Source: an uncultured delta proteobacterium
GTDB taxonomy: Bacteria > Desulfobacterota > Syntrophobacteria > BM002
Assembly (NCBI GenBank): GCA_963712115.1
Contig: CAVQGX010000003.1
Coordinates: 32,001 to 96,000, forward strand
Length of the DNA stretch: 64,000 nucleotides
Reading direction: 5' to 3'
Part shown: positions 28,318 to 38,240 of the stretch, piece by piece
Layout: each line of letters starts with the position of its first letter
Position numbering within the stretch: the first letter of the stretch is position 1
The notes under the pieces: model-generated
The model's database searches: none
Told to the model about the DNA's origin: nothing
What the model saw: the letters and a program-made list of their open reading frames with translations, nothing else
Position numbers and translations under genes: made by a program

Positions 28318-28862
28318 TGACCAATCATTCACAGAACAGTTTCCTTCAAACCCTCAAGCGAAACCGGGCCCCCTTGCTGCTCACCATCTTTGCAGCCCTT
28401 GGGGTCGTCCTATTTCTATATTTCTTTTATGGTTATGGTACTTACATCGGTCCGGAACAACCCATACCGTTCAGCCACCAGTTGCACGCTGGGGTAAAGC
28501 AGATCCAGTGTTTCTATTGTCATCCCTACGCGGGCTACTCCAATTTTCCAGGAATACCGCCGGTGGAAAAGTGTTTGCACTGTCACAAGTACATCATTGC
28601 CAACCATCCCTGGATTCAGAAAGAGCACTGGTATTTCAACAACAAAACGTCCACCCCGTGGCAAAAAGTATACTACATTCCGGAGCACGTACTGTTCAAT
28701 CATCAGCGGCACATAAGGAAAGAAATTGCCTGCAAGGAATGCCACGGTGCGGTGGAGAAAATGCACAGACTCAAAAGTCACCGCTTCAAGATGGGGTTCT
28801 GTGTGGACTGCCATCGGGAAAAGAAAGCCAATCTCGACTGCTGGCTAGCATGTCACAGTTAG
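28317..28862 (+). CDS. actA: ACIII pentaheme cytochrome c ActA
   Basis: TM anchor, PEQPIPFSH..HAG; CFYCH, CLHCH, CKECH, CVDCH, CWLACH; 'MG.C..CH'. Confidence 0.9.
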   Translation: MTNHSQNSFLQTLKRNRAPLLLTIFAALGVVLFLYFFYGYGTYIGPEQPIPFSHQLHAGVKQIQCFYCHPYAGYSNFPGIPPVEKCLHCHKYIIANHPWIQKEHWYFNNKTSTPWQKVYYIPEHVLFNHQRHIRKEIACKECHGAVEKMHRLKSHRFKMGFCVDCHREKKANLDCWLACHS

Positions 28863-28872
28863 GAGAAATTTC

Positions 28873-30246
28873 TTGATGTCTTCAACCAACCAAGAAAAGC
28901 CAAAAACCTACAAAACCGCCAAGGCCTTCTGCCTCACCTCGGCATTTTGGTTTACCATGGCCACCTCCGCCGGGATGATTGGTGCAGGATATCTTATCGC
29001 CCCTGATTTCATGGCCAATATCGAGTGGATTCATTTTGGCAGGATTCGTCCCATTCATGTGAACATCAATCTCTTTGGCTTTGTCACACCCGGTTTTCTG
29101 GCAGCGGCGTTTTATTTCCTTCCCAGGCTGTTGAAGACCGAGATTTACAGTGAGAAAATCGGGGTTCTTTCGGCAGTTCTCTGGAACATCTATGTCTTGG
29201 CCGGTGTTGTGGGAATTGCCTTGGGCTATTCTCAGGGGAGAGAATATGCCGAGTTGCCTTGGGCGGTTGACATCTTGGTGGTCATTTCTTTTGCTCTGGT
29301 GGTCTTCAACCTACTGATGACTGTCAGGCAGCGCCAGGAGCCTATTCTTTACGTTTCCATTTGGTACGTCTGTGCCGCAGTGCTCCTCACAGCTACTACC
29401 TACTGCATCGGCAACGTAATCTGGCGGCCGGACACCGGCGCCTTGCTCGGCATACCCGATGCTATTATTCTCTGGTTTTATGGTCACAACGTTTTTGGCC
29501 TCCTCCTCACCCCAATGGGCTTGGCCGTTGCCTACTACGTCCTCCCCTTGGTCAGCCGCAGCCCATTGTACAGTCACACCTTATCGCTCATCGGCTTCTG
29601 GTCCCTCCTGGTGGTGTACACTCACATCGGTACCCACCATCTGCTGCAGGTTCCTGTCCCCACCTGGCTCAAGGTAATCGCCATTGTGGACAGCGTGGCC
29701 ATGGTCATACCGGTAATGCTTTTTCTCATAAACATCTGGTACACGGTCAAGGGTAAACTGGGGGTGATTTATGCCGACATCGCCGGCAAATTCATTTTTA
29801 CCGGTACGATAATGTACTTCTTCGTCAACATCCAGGGTTCTATTATGGCATTACCCCAGGTGCAACGGGTGACCCACTTCAATAACTGGGTGGTGGCACA
29901 CGCCCATCTGGGAGTCCTTGGCTTTGCTGGAATGACCGCTTTGGGAGGGCTCTACTACGTCCTGCCAAAAATTACCGGCAAGCCCCTCTACAGCCGATTC
30001 TTAGCGGATCTGCAATACTGGTTGGTTCTCATAGGTGTTATCGGCTTTACTATCGGGCTCACAATCGCCGGTCTGATTCAGGGTAACGCCTGGATTATCG
30101 GTGAGGCCCTATACCGGACGCTACCCGAAATCCACATATATTATGTGGCCAGGGCCTCAACCGGAGTCCTGGTTGCAACTGGGGCCTACTTAGGTCTTTA
30201 CAACATAGTTAGAACGCTATTTTTCAATCCCGGAGTATCAAAATGA
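28873..30246 (+). CDS. ccoN: cbb3-type cytochrome c oxidase subunit I
   Basis: FGRIRPIHVN, REYAE, WFYGHN, Y..IGTHHL, W..AHAH. Confidence 0.9.
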   Translation: MMSSTNQEKPKTYKTAKAFCLTSAFWFTMATSAGMIGAGYLIAPDFMANIEWIHFGRIRPIHVNINLFGFVTPGFLAAAFYFLPRLLKTEIYSEKIGVLSAVLWNIYVLAGVVGIALGYSQGREYAELPWAVDILVVISFALVVFNLLMTVRQRQEPILYVSIWYVCAAVLLTATTYCIGNVIWRPDTGALLGIPDAIILWFYGHNVFGLLLTPMGLAVAYYVLPLVSRSPLYSHTLSLIGFWSLLVVYTHIGTHHLLQVPVPTWLKVIAIVDSVAMVIPVMLFLINIWYTVKGKLGVIYADIAGKFIFTGTIMYFFVNIQGSIMALPQVQRVTHFNNWVVAHAHLGVLGFAGMTALGGLYYVLPKITGKPLYSRFLADLQYWLVLIGVIGFTIGLTIAGLIQGNAWIIGEALYRTLPEIHIYYVARASTGVLVATGAYLGLYNIVRTLFFNPGVSK

Positions 30247-31175
30247 GAATGACTCCGAAGGTGGTGGTGGCAGGTAGCTTGGCAATCCTTGCCGCCGTAG
30301 TCTTTGTGATGGTTTGCTGGCCGTACGCCAAGAGAGATATGACTCCTTCTAAGATATATCGAACACGAACCCCGGTTGAGGTCGAAGGCAGGGCTATCTA
30401 CATTCAAAACGGCTGCGTTTACTGTCACAGCCAGTCTATCCGTGCAATCGACTGGGGCCTCGGCGCGGAAAGAATTGCCCAGTCGGGGGATTACGTAGGT
30501 GACCGCCCCATCCTTCTTGGCTCCCAGCGCACCGGAGTTGATCTCTCCCAAGAGGGAGGAGAACATCCGGACGACTGGCACATTGCTCATTTTGTCAACC
30601 CACGTTATGCCCGACCAAACTCGATTATGGTTCCTTTCAAATGGCTGGGTGTGGAGAGGATCAACACCCTAACCCAGTATGTTCAGAGTTTGGGCTTGAA
30701 AGATGCTGATGTGCGCATGGCGCGACAACGGTATTGGAAAAAGCAGGCCATCAAGGCCTATGAGGCAGGGGTTGATCGTAACGCCAAGTGGCTCGCCGAG
30801 ATTGTGCCCGAGGGTTGGCGAAACATTCCCAATCCCTACCCCACCACACCGGCAGGACTGGAGCGGGGACACCTTATTTATCAACAATTTTGTATCGGCT
30901 GCCACGGCCCGGTTGGAGATGGCATGGGTCCGGCTCAGCCGTATATCTATCCACCGCCCCTCAATTTCACCATTCTCAAGGGAAGGGGGATTTCCGGCGG
31001 CATTCTTTACTACCAGATTATGAACGGCATCACCGGCACCGCCATGCCTTATTTCAAGCGAGAACTTGAATCTCAAAAGATCTGGGAAGTGGGGAACTAT
31101 GTGGCGGTATACTTCATAAACCAGAGCGATGCCAATAAGGATCCTCGAGGAATTGACGCCTCGTGGGAACCGTAG
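30243..31175 (+). CDS. ccoO: cbb3 oxidase subunit II fused to a second cytochrome c domain
   Basis: GRAIY..NGCVYCHSQ..R, GSQRTG.DL, 'WH..H..NPR...SIM'; second CIGCH with 'GTAMP'. Confidence 0.88.
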   Translation: MRMTPKVVVAGSLAILAAVVFVMVCWPYAKRDMTPSKIYRTRTPVEVEGRAIYIQNGCVYCHSQSIRAIDWGLGAERIAQSGDYVGDRPILLGSQRTGVDLSQEGGEHPDDWHIAHFVNPRYARPNSIMVPFKWLGVERINTLTQYVQSLGLKDADVRMARQRYWKKQAIKAYEAGVDRNAKWLAEIVPEGWRNIPNPYPTTPAGLERGHLIYQQFCIGCHGPVGDGMGPAQPYIYPPPLNFTILKGRGISGGILYYQIMNGITGTAMPYFKRELESQKIWEVGNYVAVYFINQSDANKDPRGIDASWEP

Positions 31176-31381
31176 GGAGGTGGCAGCGGACAGCCGGCAG
31201 CTGGCAGGTTGGTCAATTTGAGAACTAGGGAATTGGAGAATTAGAAAATTAGAAAATTAGTCAAATAGTAAAGTCGGGTACGGTTCACCGTTTACGATTT
31301 GCCTAATCCACTAATCGACCATTTAACGATTTGAACCATTTCTAAACATTTTAGGCATTTTAGACACTTTAGGCATTTGCC

Positions 31382-31642
31382 ATGTATTACCCTTACTTTT
31401 TGACCTACATGCTCAGCGGCTTTGTTATCAGCCTTGTTGTCTTGTTCTGGGCTCTGCGAAATGGTCAATTTAAGGATCAGCAGCGAGCACGTTTTCTGCC
31501 TCTAGAAGAAGGGCTGGAGACAGAACCGGTCAAAGTGTCCAAGATAGGTCGAATTGAGGCTTATGCCCTGATAGTTCTCGCTTGTTTAGGACTGTTCGGA
31601 ACAGCTGCAACTTTGATTTTCTCTTTGCTGACCAACGGGTAG
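31382..31642 (+). CDS. ccoS: cbb3 assembly protein CcoS/FixS-like
   Basis: 'FWAL.NGQF.D' motif after a TM segment. Confidence 0.8.
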   Translation: MYYPYFLTYMLSGFVISLVVLFWALRNGQFKDQQRARFLPLEEGLETEPVKVSKIGRIEAYALIVLACLGLFGTAATLIFSLLTNG

Positions 31643-31733
31643 TAAAGCCGAACCGGTAACGACCACAAAAACTTTAATTTTAGGCATTTTAGACACTTTA
31701 GACATTTTAGGCATTTGTTTCGGAGGAACCAAC

Positions 31734-32009
31734 TTGCACTTTTTTGAACTGCGAGATATCCAGCATTTCGTGCTCTATTTTTTCCCGGCCTTTATTTTCA
31801 TCCTTCTCTTTGGTGCGGCTCTCGCCTTTACCATCTTTTACAGGAAGGATGCGGAAGAGAGAAAAAAGAGGGTAATCGAAACCTACTTGGGAGAAATAGA
31901 GGAGAGGAATGCACCCTTTCCCCTCATAGCATTCCTCACTATATTAGGAACCGTTTTGTGGCTCTTCTTCTACATACTTTTTACTGGTGTATTGGGGGTA
32001 AAAATATAG
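31734..32009 (+). CDS. Small two-TM protein of oxidase operon
   Basis: TTG start with GGAGG; 'IEERNAP.P' resembles the CcoP N-terminal motif. Confidence 0.65.
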   Translation: MHFFELRDIQHFVLYFFPAFIFILLFGAALAFTIFYRKDAEERKKRVIETYLGEIEERNAPFPLIAFLTILGTVLWLFFYILFTGVLGVKI

Positions 32010-32010
32010 C

Positions 32011-32238
32011 ATGCATACTGAGGAGCACCGTGGGTCGGCTTTTGCCACCTGGATCATAATTGTACTACTTGTACTTCTGGTTCTGGCACAGGGAGCATTT
32101 TCCTTCCTAGCAGTTGGTGATCAAGGCCAACCCAACTGGGACTACCGTCCTGTCAAAGACGTACCAGGAGAATCTCCCTATGCCATTTACGAACCCCTGC
32201 CATATCCGCAGCACGTGAGAGGGCAGAAAGGGGAATAG
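32011..32238 (+). CDS. Small single-TM protein of oxidase operon
   Basis: Tightly packed between neighbours; TM followed by Pro-rich tail. Confidence 0.65.
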   Translation: MHTEEHRGSAFATWIIIVLLVLLVLAQGAFSFLAVGDQGQPNWDYRPVKDVPGESPYAIYEPLPYPQHVRGQKGE

Positions 32239-32757
32239 GTGAAGAAAGCTCTGGTCTTAGGTGTAGTTGTCGCTTTCGTTTTGCTGGTGGCTGTTTTGGC
32301 CTTGCGGCACATAGACAACTATGCCGACTTCTGGCGGATGCGGGAGACTCCTGCGGTCAGACCCCACGAAGAACCGCTGCTCCTAATGGAAGAGGGGGTG
32401 GTTCCTGTCTCCGCAGCCGAAGAAGTCTTGCGCGCCACCAAAGGCGAAGACCTCAGATCACCCTTGAACCTCGACGACCCGGCTGTGGTCGAGGAGGGTA
32501 AAAAGTTGTATTTTAATTTCTGCTTTATGTGCCACGGGCCCAATCACGACGGCAACGGCACCGTGGGGCAGAGTTTCTACCCCCTGCCAACAGATTTGAG
32601 AAGCGCTAAAGTTCAGTCCAAGGCCGAGGGTGTGCATTTCAAGGAGATAAGCTACGGGGTTCCTGACGGCAGACAGCCAGCTCTGGCTACGACCATCCCT
32701 GTTTTAGACCGCTGGCGAATCGTGGCCTACGTGAAGTCCCTTGGCGTCCGCAGATAA
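32239..32757 (+). CDS. actE: Monoheme cytochrome c, ActE-like
   Basis: 'M..TPA.RP.E...G.VP', CFMCHG..DGNG.V, 'DRW.IV.YV'. Confidence 0.75.
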   Translation: MKKALVLGVVVAFVLLVAVLALRHIDNYADFWRMRETPAVRPHEEPLLLMEEGVVPVSAAEEVLRATKGEDLRSPLNLDDPAVVEEGKKLYFNFCFMCHGPNHDGNGTVGQSFYPLPTDLRSAKVQSKAEGVHFKEISYGVPDGRQPALATTIPVLDRWRIVAYVKSLGVRR

Positions 32758-32758
32758 A

Positions 32759-35242
32759 ATGAATGATTCCTCAGATGGCTGCGATCTCTGCGGCCTCCCC
32801 CTTCGTTACCAACATTTCACCACAGAGATCTCGAAAAAAATCTTCCGCTTTTGTTGCCTGGGATGCAAGCAGGTATTCCACATTCTTATGGAGGCAACCG
32901 ACTCGCCCGATTCTGAATCTTTCCGTCAGTCTGAACTTTTCAGAAAGTGCCAAGAGATTGGCATCATTCCAAAGTCTGAGGCTGAGTTGGCAGAAAGGGC
33001 CGGATCTCAAGAAGGTGCGGCTTCCACTCCTTCCATGACTACTCCGGCCAAAGAGCTAGCAAGCCAAAAAGCCACTTACAACGAAACCCTTCTGAGCCTA
33101 AACCTTTATGTCCACCAAATGTGGTGTCCCGCCTGCGCCTGGGTTATTGAAGAAACTATTAAAAGCAGCCCTGGAATTGCCTCAGCATCCTGCAATTTCG
33201 CCACGGACAGGGTTAGGTGTGACTACAATCCGATTATCACTTCTCCCCAGAAGATCATTGGCTACATAAATGACCTTGGCTATGAAGCCTCCTTACCTGG
33301 CGAAGGTAAGGAGGAAAAGGATCATAAAGTAGAACTCATCCGCTTCGTCATCTCAGCTTTCCTCACCATGAATGTGATGATGCTGTCCTTTGCTCTTTAT
33401 TCGGGGTTTTTCACTGAACTGAGCAGGGACAATGTTTACAAGCTTTCCTGGCCTATATTTGTCATGGCCAGCGTTGTTCTCTTTTACGGTGGCAGCAACA
33501 TCTATCGCCGGGCCTGGGCTGGCATTAGCACCGCCGCCTTTAGTATGGAAACGCTTATAACCGTGGGTTCATTCAGTGCCTATTTCTACAGCATCTTTGG
33601 GTTGATAAGGGGCAGTATACACCTCTACTTTGACACAGCCTCCATGCTCGTCACCCTTGTGCTCTTAGGGAAATTGCTTGAGAGAAAAGCCAAAGACGAA
33701 GTCCAAGAGGACCTGGCGAATTTTTTCTCCCTTCGCCCCACCAAGGTTAAAATCTGCTCGGAACATTATCCACAAGGCCGCTATGTAGACGCAAAGCACT
33801 TGCACAGAGGCGATACCTTTAAAGTGGAAGAAAACGAGATACTCCCTGCCGACGGCCTCATACTTGGGGGCGAAGGCTCCGTGGACGAGTCTTCTCTTAC
33901 CGGTGAACCTCTGCCTATTACAAGAAAAAGTGGAGACCGAATAAAGAGCGGCAGCAGGGTCATCCAGGGGATTTTTACCATTAAAGCTGAAGGGGTGGGT
34001 GAGGACTCCATCGTTGGTCAGATGATTACCATTATGGAGCAGGCCCTGAGCAAAAAGACACCCTTTGAGGGAAAGGCTGAGCGTGCTTTGCAGTGGTTTG
34101 TGCCTGTCATCCTCGCCCTGGCTGCAGGAACCGGCCTGGTCTGCCTGTTTTTAGGACTTACTCTCGAGGAGGCGCTGATCCGGGCGGTCACGGTCACAGT
34201 CATTTCCTGCCCTTGCACCCTGGGTATTGCTATTCCAATGGCCCGGGTGGCGGGCATATCTCTGTCAGGCAGGGCTGGGATTTTAGTCAGAGACTTCACC
34301 TCCTTCGAACAGGCAGGCAGAGTGGACTCTTTCGTCCTAGATAAGACCGGAACAGTTACCAAAGGTCAGTGGTCACTTTTGAGAATTGTTCCAGTTGGAC
34401 CTCTTTCTGAGAAAGAATTACTGGGATTGGCTGCATCGTTGGAAAAGGAGTCTGATCATCTGGTTGCGAAGGAGATCATCAGAGAAGCAGCAAAACACCG
34501 AGCCGAACTGGTTACCCTTCAAGGAGTGGAAGTATTTGAAAATGGAATATCAGCGCTCTTGAACGGAGACAGGGTTAAAATAGGATCTAGAGGATTTCTC
34601 GCCGATGAAATTAAGGGCAGTTCTCATCTAACCCTACTCGAAAACAAACCTGAACACTCCCAGGTCTTTCTAAGCTTTGCCCATAAGGTCTGCGGTGTTT
34701 TCATATTTGGCGACGAGATAAAGTCCACCTCCACCCAGACAGTTAAGACTCTACGGGAAGCCGGATACCAGGTTGCCCTGATTTCCGGCGACGACGACCT
34801 GACAACCAAAACAATTGCTGCTGAAATGGGAATCGAGGAGGCACGGGGAGGGAGACTGCCCCAAGAGAAGGCAACCTATATTTCTGCATTGCAGCAACAA
34901 GGTCGCCAGGTCGCCATGGTTGGAGACGGCATAAATGATGCCCCTGCCCTTGTACAGGCTGATTTGGCCATAGCGGTTCATTCCGGCAGCCATCTGGGCA
35001 AAGAGGCGGCGGATCTCACTCTCATGCGAGGAGATCCCCTGCAAATATGTGATTTTATCGACTTGGCCAAAAAGGTTAAAAGCAAGGTCCATCAAAACCT
35101 TGGCTGCTCCTTCATCTACAATCTGGTCAGCATCCCTATTGCCATGAGCGGCTTGCTCACCCCCCTCATTGCAGTCTCTGCCATGCTACTGAGCAGCCTG
35201 AGCGTTATTGGCAATACGCTCCTGCTTCTTAAAAAGGACTAA
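32759..35242 (+). CDS. ccoI: Cu-transporting P1B ATPase CcoI/FixI
   Basis: CDLCG...FCC.GC, C.AC HMA, TGEP, CPC, DKTGT, GDGINDAP. Confidence 0.9.
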   Translation: MNDSSDGCDLCGLPLRYQHFTTEISKKIFRFCCLGCKQVFHILMEATDSPDSESFRQSELFRKCQEIGIIPKSEAELAERAGSQEGAASTPSMTTPAKELASQKATYNETLLSLNLYVHQMWCPACAWVIEETIKSSPGIASASCNFATDRVRCDYNPIITSPQKIIGYINDLGYEASLPGEGKEEKDHKVELIRFVISAFLTMNVMMLSFALYSGFFTELSRDNVYKLSWPIFVMASVVLFYGGSNIYRRAWAGISTAAFSMETLITVGSFSAYFYSIFGLIRGSIHLYFDTASMLVTLVLLGKLLERKAKDEVQEDLANFFSLRPTKVKICSEHYPQGRYVDAKHLHRGDTFKVEENEILPADGLILGGEGSVDESSLTGEPLPITRKSGDRIKSGSRVIQGIFTIKAEGVGEDSIVGQMITIMEQALSKKTPFEGKAERALQWFVPVILALAAGTGLVCLFLGLTLEEALIRAVTVTVISCPCTLGIAIPMARVAGISLSGRAGILVRDFTSFEQAGRVDSFVLDKTGTVTKGQWSLLRIVPVGPLSEKELLGLAASLEKESDHLVAKEIIREAAKHRAELVTLQGVEVFENGISALLNGDRVKIGSRGFLADEIKGSSHLTLLENKPEHSQVFLSFAHKVCGVFIFGDEIKSTSTQTVKTLREAGYQVALISGDDDLTTKTIAAEMGIEEARGGRLPQEKATYISALQQQGRQVAMVGDGINDAPALVQADLAIAVHSGSHLGKEAADLTLMRGDPLQICDFIDLAKKVKSKVHQNLGCSFIYNLVSIPIAMSGLLTPLIAVSAMLLSSLSVIGNTLLLLKKD

Positions 35243-35700
35243 TCCACTTTGTCAGTTGTCCGTGGTCCGTTGTTAAAGACGCAAAGCGCATAGCGTATGC
35301 GGCGAGACGGGCGAGACGGGAGGTCGGGCGAGACGAGGATTTAAACGCGGAAGTCGGAACGGGGAACGTGGAATTCTTTTCTGTGCTTGTGGCCAACGGG
35401 CTAAACCGGTATAGGGCATAGATTGAAGGACTTTAAATTTGCCCTATGCTCCATGCCCTATGCCCCATGCTCAGTTCTACTGACTACTGACTACTGGCTA
35501 CTGGCTACTTAATTCTTTGATTTCGGACTGCGGATTGGGGATTGCGAAACTTGGAGATATGGGATGTGAGATTTCGGATTTCGGACTGCGGATTGGCGGA
35601 TGTTCAGCGATTTAAAAGATCAATAACCTATAACCCATTACCTTAACTTTAGACATTTTAGACATTTTAGCTCACTTTAGGCATTTTAGGCATTTCCTAC
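35243..35700. repeat. Large intergenic mosaic of about 10 short tandem repeat modules
   Basis: GGCGAGACG, GGAAC, CTATGC, CTACTGA/CTACTGG, GGATTTC/GGATTGC, TTTAGACA/TTTAGGCA units in series. Confidence 0.8.
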
Positions 35701-35822
35701 CCTACCCCTTCCTTTTTTGACAGGCTATAATTTAATGTTTAGTATTTTCGAGATAAGAACGACCATATTATAGGAAATGCTGGTCAATGGGAGGTTTGGG
35801 CTAGCGGGGTGACAAGGAGGAG

Positions 35823-37007
35823 ATGATCATGGAAACAGGAATGGACATCAAGAACATCGGGCTTCGGGGCGTCGTTGTTGCCAGTACTAATATTGGTGAT
35901 GTAGATGGCTCTGTTGGGCGACTGGTTTACAGAGGTTATTTGATTAAGGACTTGGCCGGCAAAGCCTCCTTTGAAGAGGTTGTTCATCTCCTGCTCAATA
36001 CCATTCTACCTACCAGAGACCAACTCCGACTTTTCTCGGCCCAGCTCGCGGCGGAACGAGCAGTGCCTGCTGAACTAATTGCCGCACTCAAAACAAGGCC
36101 TAAAAACGCCTTGCCCATGGACATCTTGCAGGCCGGTGTCTCCATGCTCGCCCATCATGACCCCGAGGCTGATGATCCTTCCAGAGAAGCCAATCATCGG
36201 AAAGCGATCAGATTGGTTGCCAAATTGGCCACTGTTGTCGCCGCCTGGGAGCGCATCCGTACTGGCCAGGAACCCATTGAACCTGATCCCAGTCTAAGCC
36301 ATGCCGCAAACTTCCTCTACATGATGAAAGGTGACGTACCTGACGAGGATATAGCCGGTTTTTTTGACGCTGCCCTGGTAATGCACGCGGAGCATGGTTT
36401 CAATGCCTCAACTTTTGCCGCTCGAGAAATTGCCTCCACCCGAGCGCACATTTACGCTGCGGTAGCGGGTGCTGTTGGTTCCCTTTCCGGTGAATTGCAC
36501 GGTGGTGCCAACACCCGGGTGATGGAAATGCTCATCGAGATCGGCTCACCCGACCGGGTGGAAAGTTATGTCAAAGAACAGTTTGATCAGGGCGAGAGGA
36601 TCATGGGGTTAGGGCATGCTGTCTACAAGGTAGACGATCCCAGGGCGTTGATTCTGGCTCCCATGTCGAAGATCGTGGGTGAAAGGTTTGGGGATACTAA
36701 ATGGTACGAGATGTCGGCACTCCTTGAAAAGGTAGCCAAAGAAGAGTTCAAGAAGCGCAAAGGCAGGGACATTTTTACCAACGTGGATTTCTACAGCGCC
36801 TCACTTTATTACATGATGGGCATTCCCATGGATCAATATACTCCTATTTTCGCCATCGCCAGGGTCGCCGGCTGGACAGCCCACATAATAGAAGAGCAAT
36901 TTGCTGAAGCGGCGCCAAAGCCAATGCTCTACCGCCCCGAATCCGACTATGTGGGAGAATATTGCGGTCCCGAGGTCTGCGAGTTTGTCTCCATCGACGA
37001 TCGCTAG
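35823..37007 (+). CDS. gltA: Citrate (Si)-synthase / 2-methylcitrate synthase family
   Basis: GL.GV, L.YRGY, HAEH.FNAST, LHGGAN, MGLGH.VYK..DPRA, NVDFYS. Confidence 0.9.
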   Translation: MIMETGMDIKNIGLRGVVVASTNIGDVDGSVGRLVYRGYLIKDLAGKASFEEVVHLLLNTILPTRDQLRLFSAQLAAERAVPAELIAALKTRPKNALPMDILQAGVSMLAHHDPEADDPSREANHRKAIRLVAKLATVVAAWERIRTGQEPIEPDPSLSHAANFLYMMKGDVPDEDIAGFFDAALVMHAEHGFNASTFAAREIASTRAHIYAAVAGAVGSLSGELHGGANTRVMEMLIEIGSPDRVESYVKEQFDQGERIMGLGHAVYKVDDPRALILAPMSKIVGERFGDTKWYEMSALLEKVAKEEFKKRKGRDIFTNVDFYSASLYYMMGIPMDQYTPIFAIARVAGWTAHIIEEQFAEAAPKPMLYRPESDYVGEYCGPEVCEFVSIDDR

Positions 37008-37017
37008 AAGAGGCAGA

Positions 37018-37284
37018 TCTCTCGCCCGAGCCCTGCGGACTCTCGAGTCCTCAGAGAGCACAGAGAGAAATTGGGAGCAGACTCGGGGATCGCTTGAATA
37101 CCCCGCAAGGCGGGGGATCCCGATAAATCGGGACTAATGGGGGGTCGTTGATGACCAGAATAAGCAAGCTTAAGCTGGTCATCAACATCTCCCCATTTAT
37201 CCTTCAAGCGATCCCTTCACCAATTTTGCCATAATCCTTATATTAATAAAGCTCTCTGAGGTCTCTGTGAACTCTGTGAGAGAT
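37018..37284. repeat. Nested long inverted-repeat element
   Basis: GTTGATGACCAG/CTGGTCATCAAC, GGGATCGCTTGAA/TTCAAGCGATCCC, AAATTGG/CCAATTT, CAGAGAG/CTCTCTG in concentric order. Confidence 0.7.
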
Positions 37285-37318
37285 AAAATTCTAACATTAC
37301 GGTGAAACACGAGAAATA

Positions 37319-38227
37319 GTGATGCGAGATAAAGCGGAAGCTATGGTTCTGGCTTCTTTTGCTGCTGACTCCCTGGCCTTGGGGGTGCACTGGATTTATG
37401 ATGCCCAGCAAATTTCCAACAAATATGGCCGGGTAGAGAAGTTCCTCGAGCCAAGAGAAGGTTCCTACCATCCCACCAAGGACAAGGGAGAATTCACCCA
37501 CTACGGCGATCAGCAACTGGTTTTGCTGGAATCTGTGGCCGCCAAAAAAAAATTTGATCTCAACGATTTCTCCGAGCGCTGGCAACAACTTTTTCAAGAC
37601 TACAATGGCTATTTTGATGGAGCTACCAAGGGAAGCCTGACTAATTTTTCAAAAGGCAAGGGTCCCCAGGATTCCGGTTCCCCTTCCAACGATCTGGCCG
37701 GTGCTTCCAGGATCGCCCCCTTGGTCTTCTGCTATAGAAACAACCTGGACGAACTGGTTGTGGCCGCACGAGCGCAGACCAGGATGACCCATGGGGACCC
37801 TCTCACCGTCCACACTGCTGAGTTTTTCGCCAGGGTTGCCTGGAAGACTCTCAGAGGCGCTTCACCTTCAGAGGCAATTACTGAGGTCACCCGGAAGAAC
37901 TACCCTGAGACTATTTTTGCTGAGTGGGTCCAGGAGGGATTCGAGTCAAAGGACATGGAAAGCGTATCTGCCATAGGCAGCTTCGGACAATCATGTCACA
38001 CCCCGGTTGCCTTTCCCGGTGTCATCCACCTTATTGTCAAGTACGAAAAAGACCTGAAAGAGGCTTTGGTCCAAGCCGTCATGGCAGGCGGTGACAACGC
38101 CGCCAGGGGCTTGGCAGTCGGCATGATCCTCGGGGCGCATTTGGGTGAACAACACCTTCCTGAGGAATGGGTAACAGACCTAAGAAAAGGTGGGGAAATT
38201 AAGAAACTTCTCCACCAGATCGGCTAA
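37319..38227 (+). CDS. ADP-ribosylglycohydrolase family protein
   Basis: 'F.ADSLALG.HW.YD', 'G.FTHYGDQ', 'TH', 'AGGDNAARG..VG..LGA'. Confidence 0.88.
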   Translation: MMRDKAEAMVLASFAADSLALGVHWIYDAQQISNKYGRVEKFLEPREGSYHPTKDKGEFTHYGDQQLVLLESVAAKKKFDLNDFSERWQQLFQDYNGYFDGATKGSLTNFSKGKGPQDSGSPSNDLAGASRIAPLVFCYRNNLDELVVAARAQTRMTHGDPLTVHTAEFFARVAWKTLRGASPSEAITEVTRKNYPETIFAEWVQEGFESKDMESVSAIGSFGQSCHTPVAFPGVIHLIVKYEKDLKEALVQAVMAGGDNAARGLAVGMILGAHLGEQHLPEEWVTDLRKGGEIKKLLHQIG

Positions 38228-38240
38228 TCGAGGTCTGCTT

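Noticed and set aside
22120-28862. Qrc complex or a catalytic molybdoenzyme
   Set aside because: Presence of ActD, ActF and ActE-like genes and a fused ActB fits ACIII better.
28873-30246. Nitric oxide reductase NorB
   Set aside because: Has cbb3-type motifs (WFYGHN, helix VII Tyr before the HH pair) and ccoO, ccoS and ccoI neighbours.
36955-36985. C-terminal CGPEVC of citrate synthase as a redox switch
   Set aside because: Two Cys alone are insufficient evidence without conservation data.
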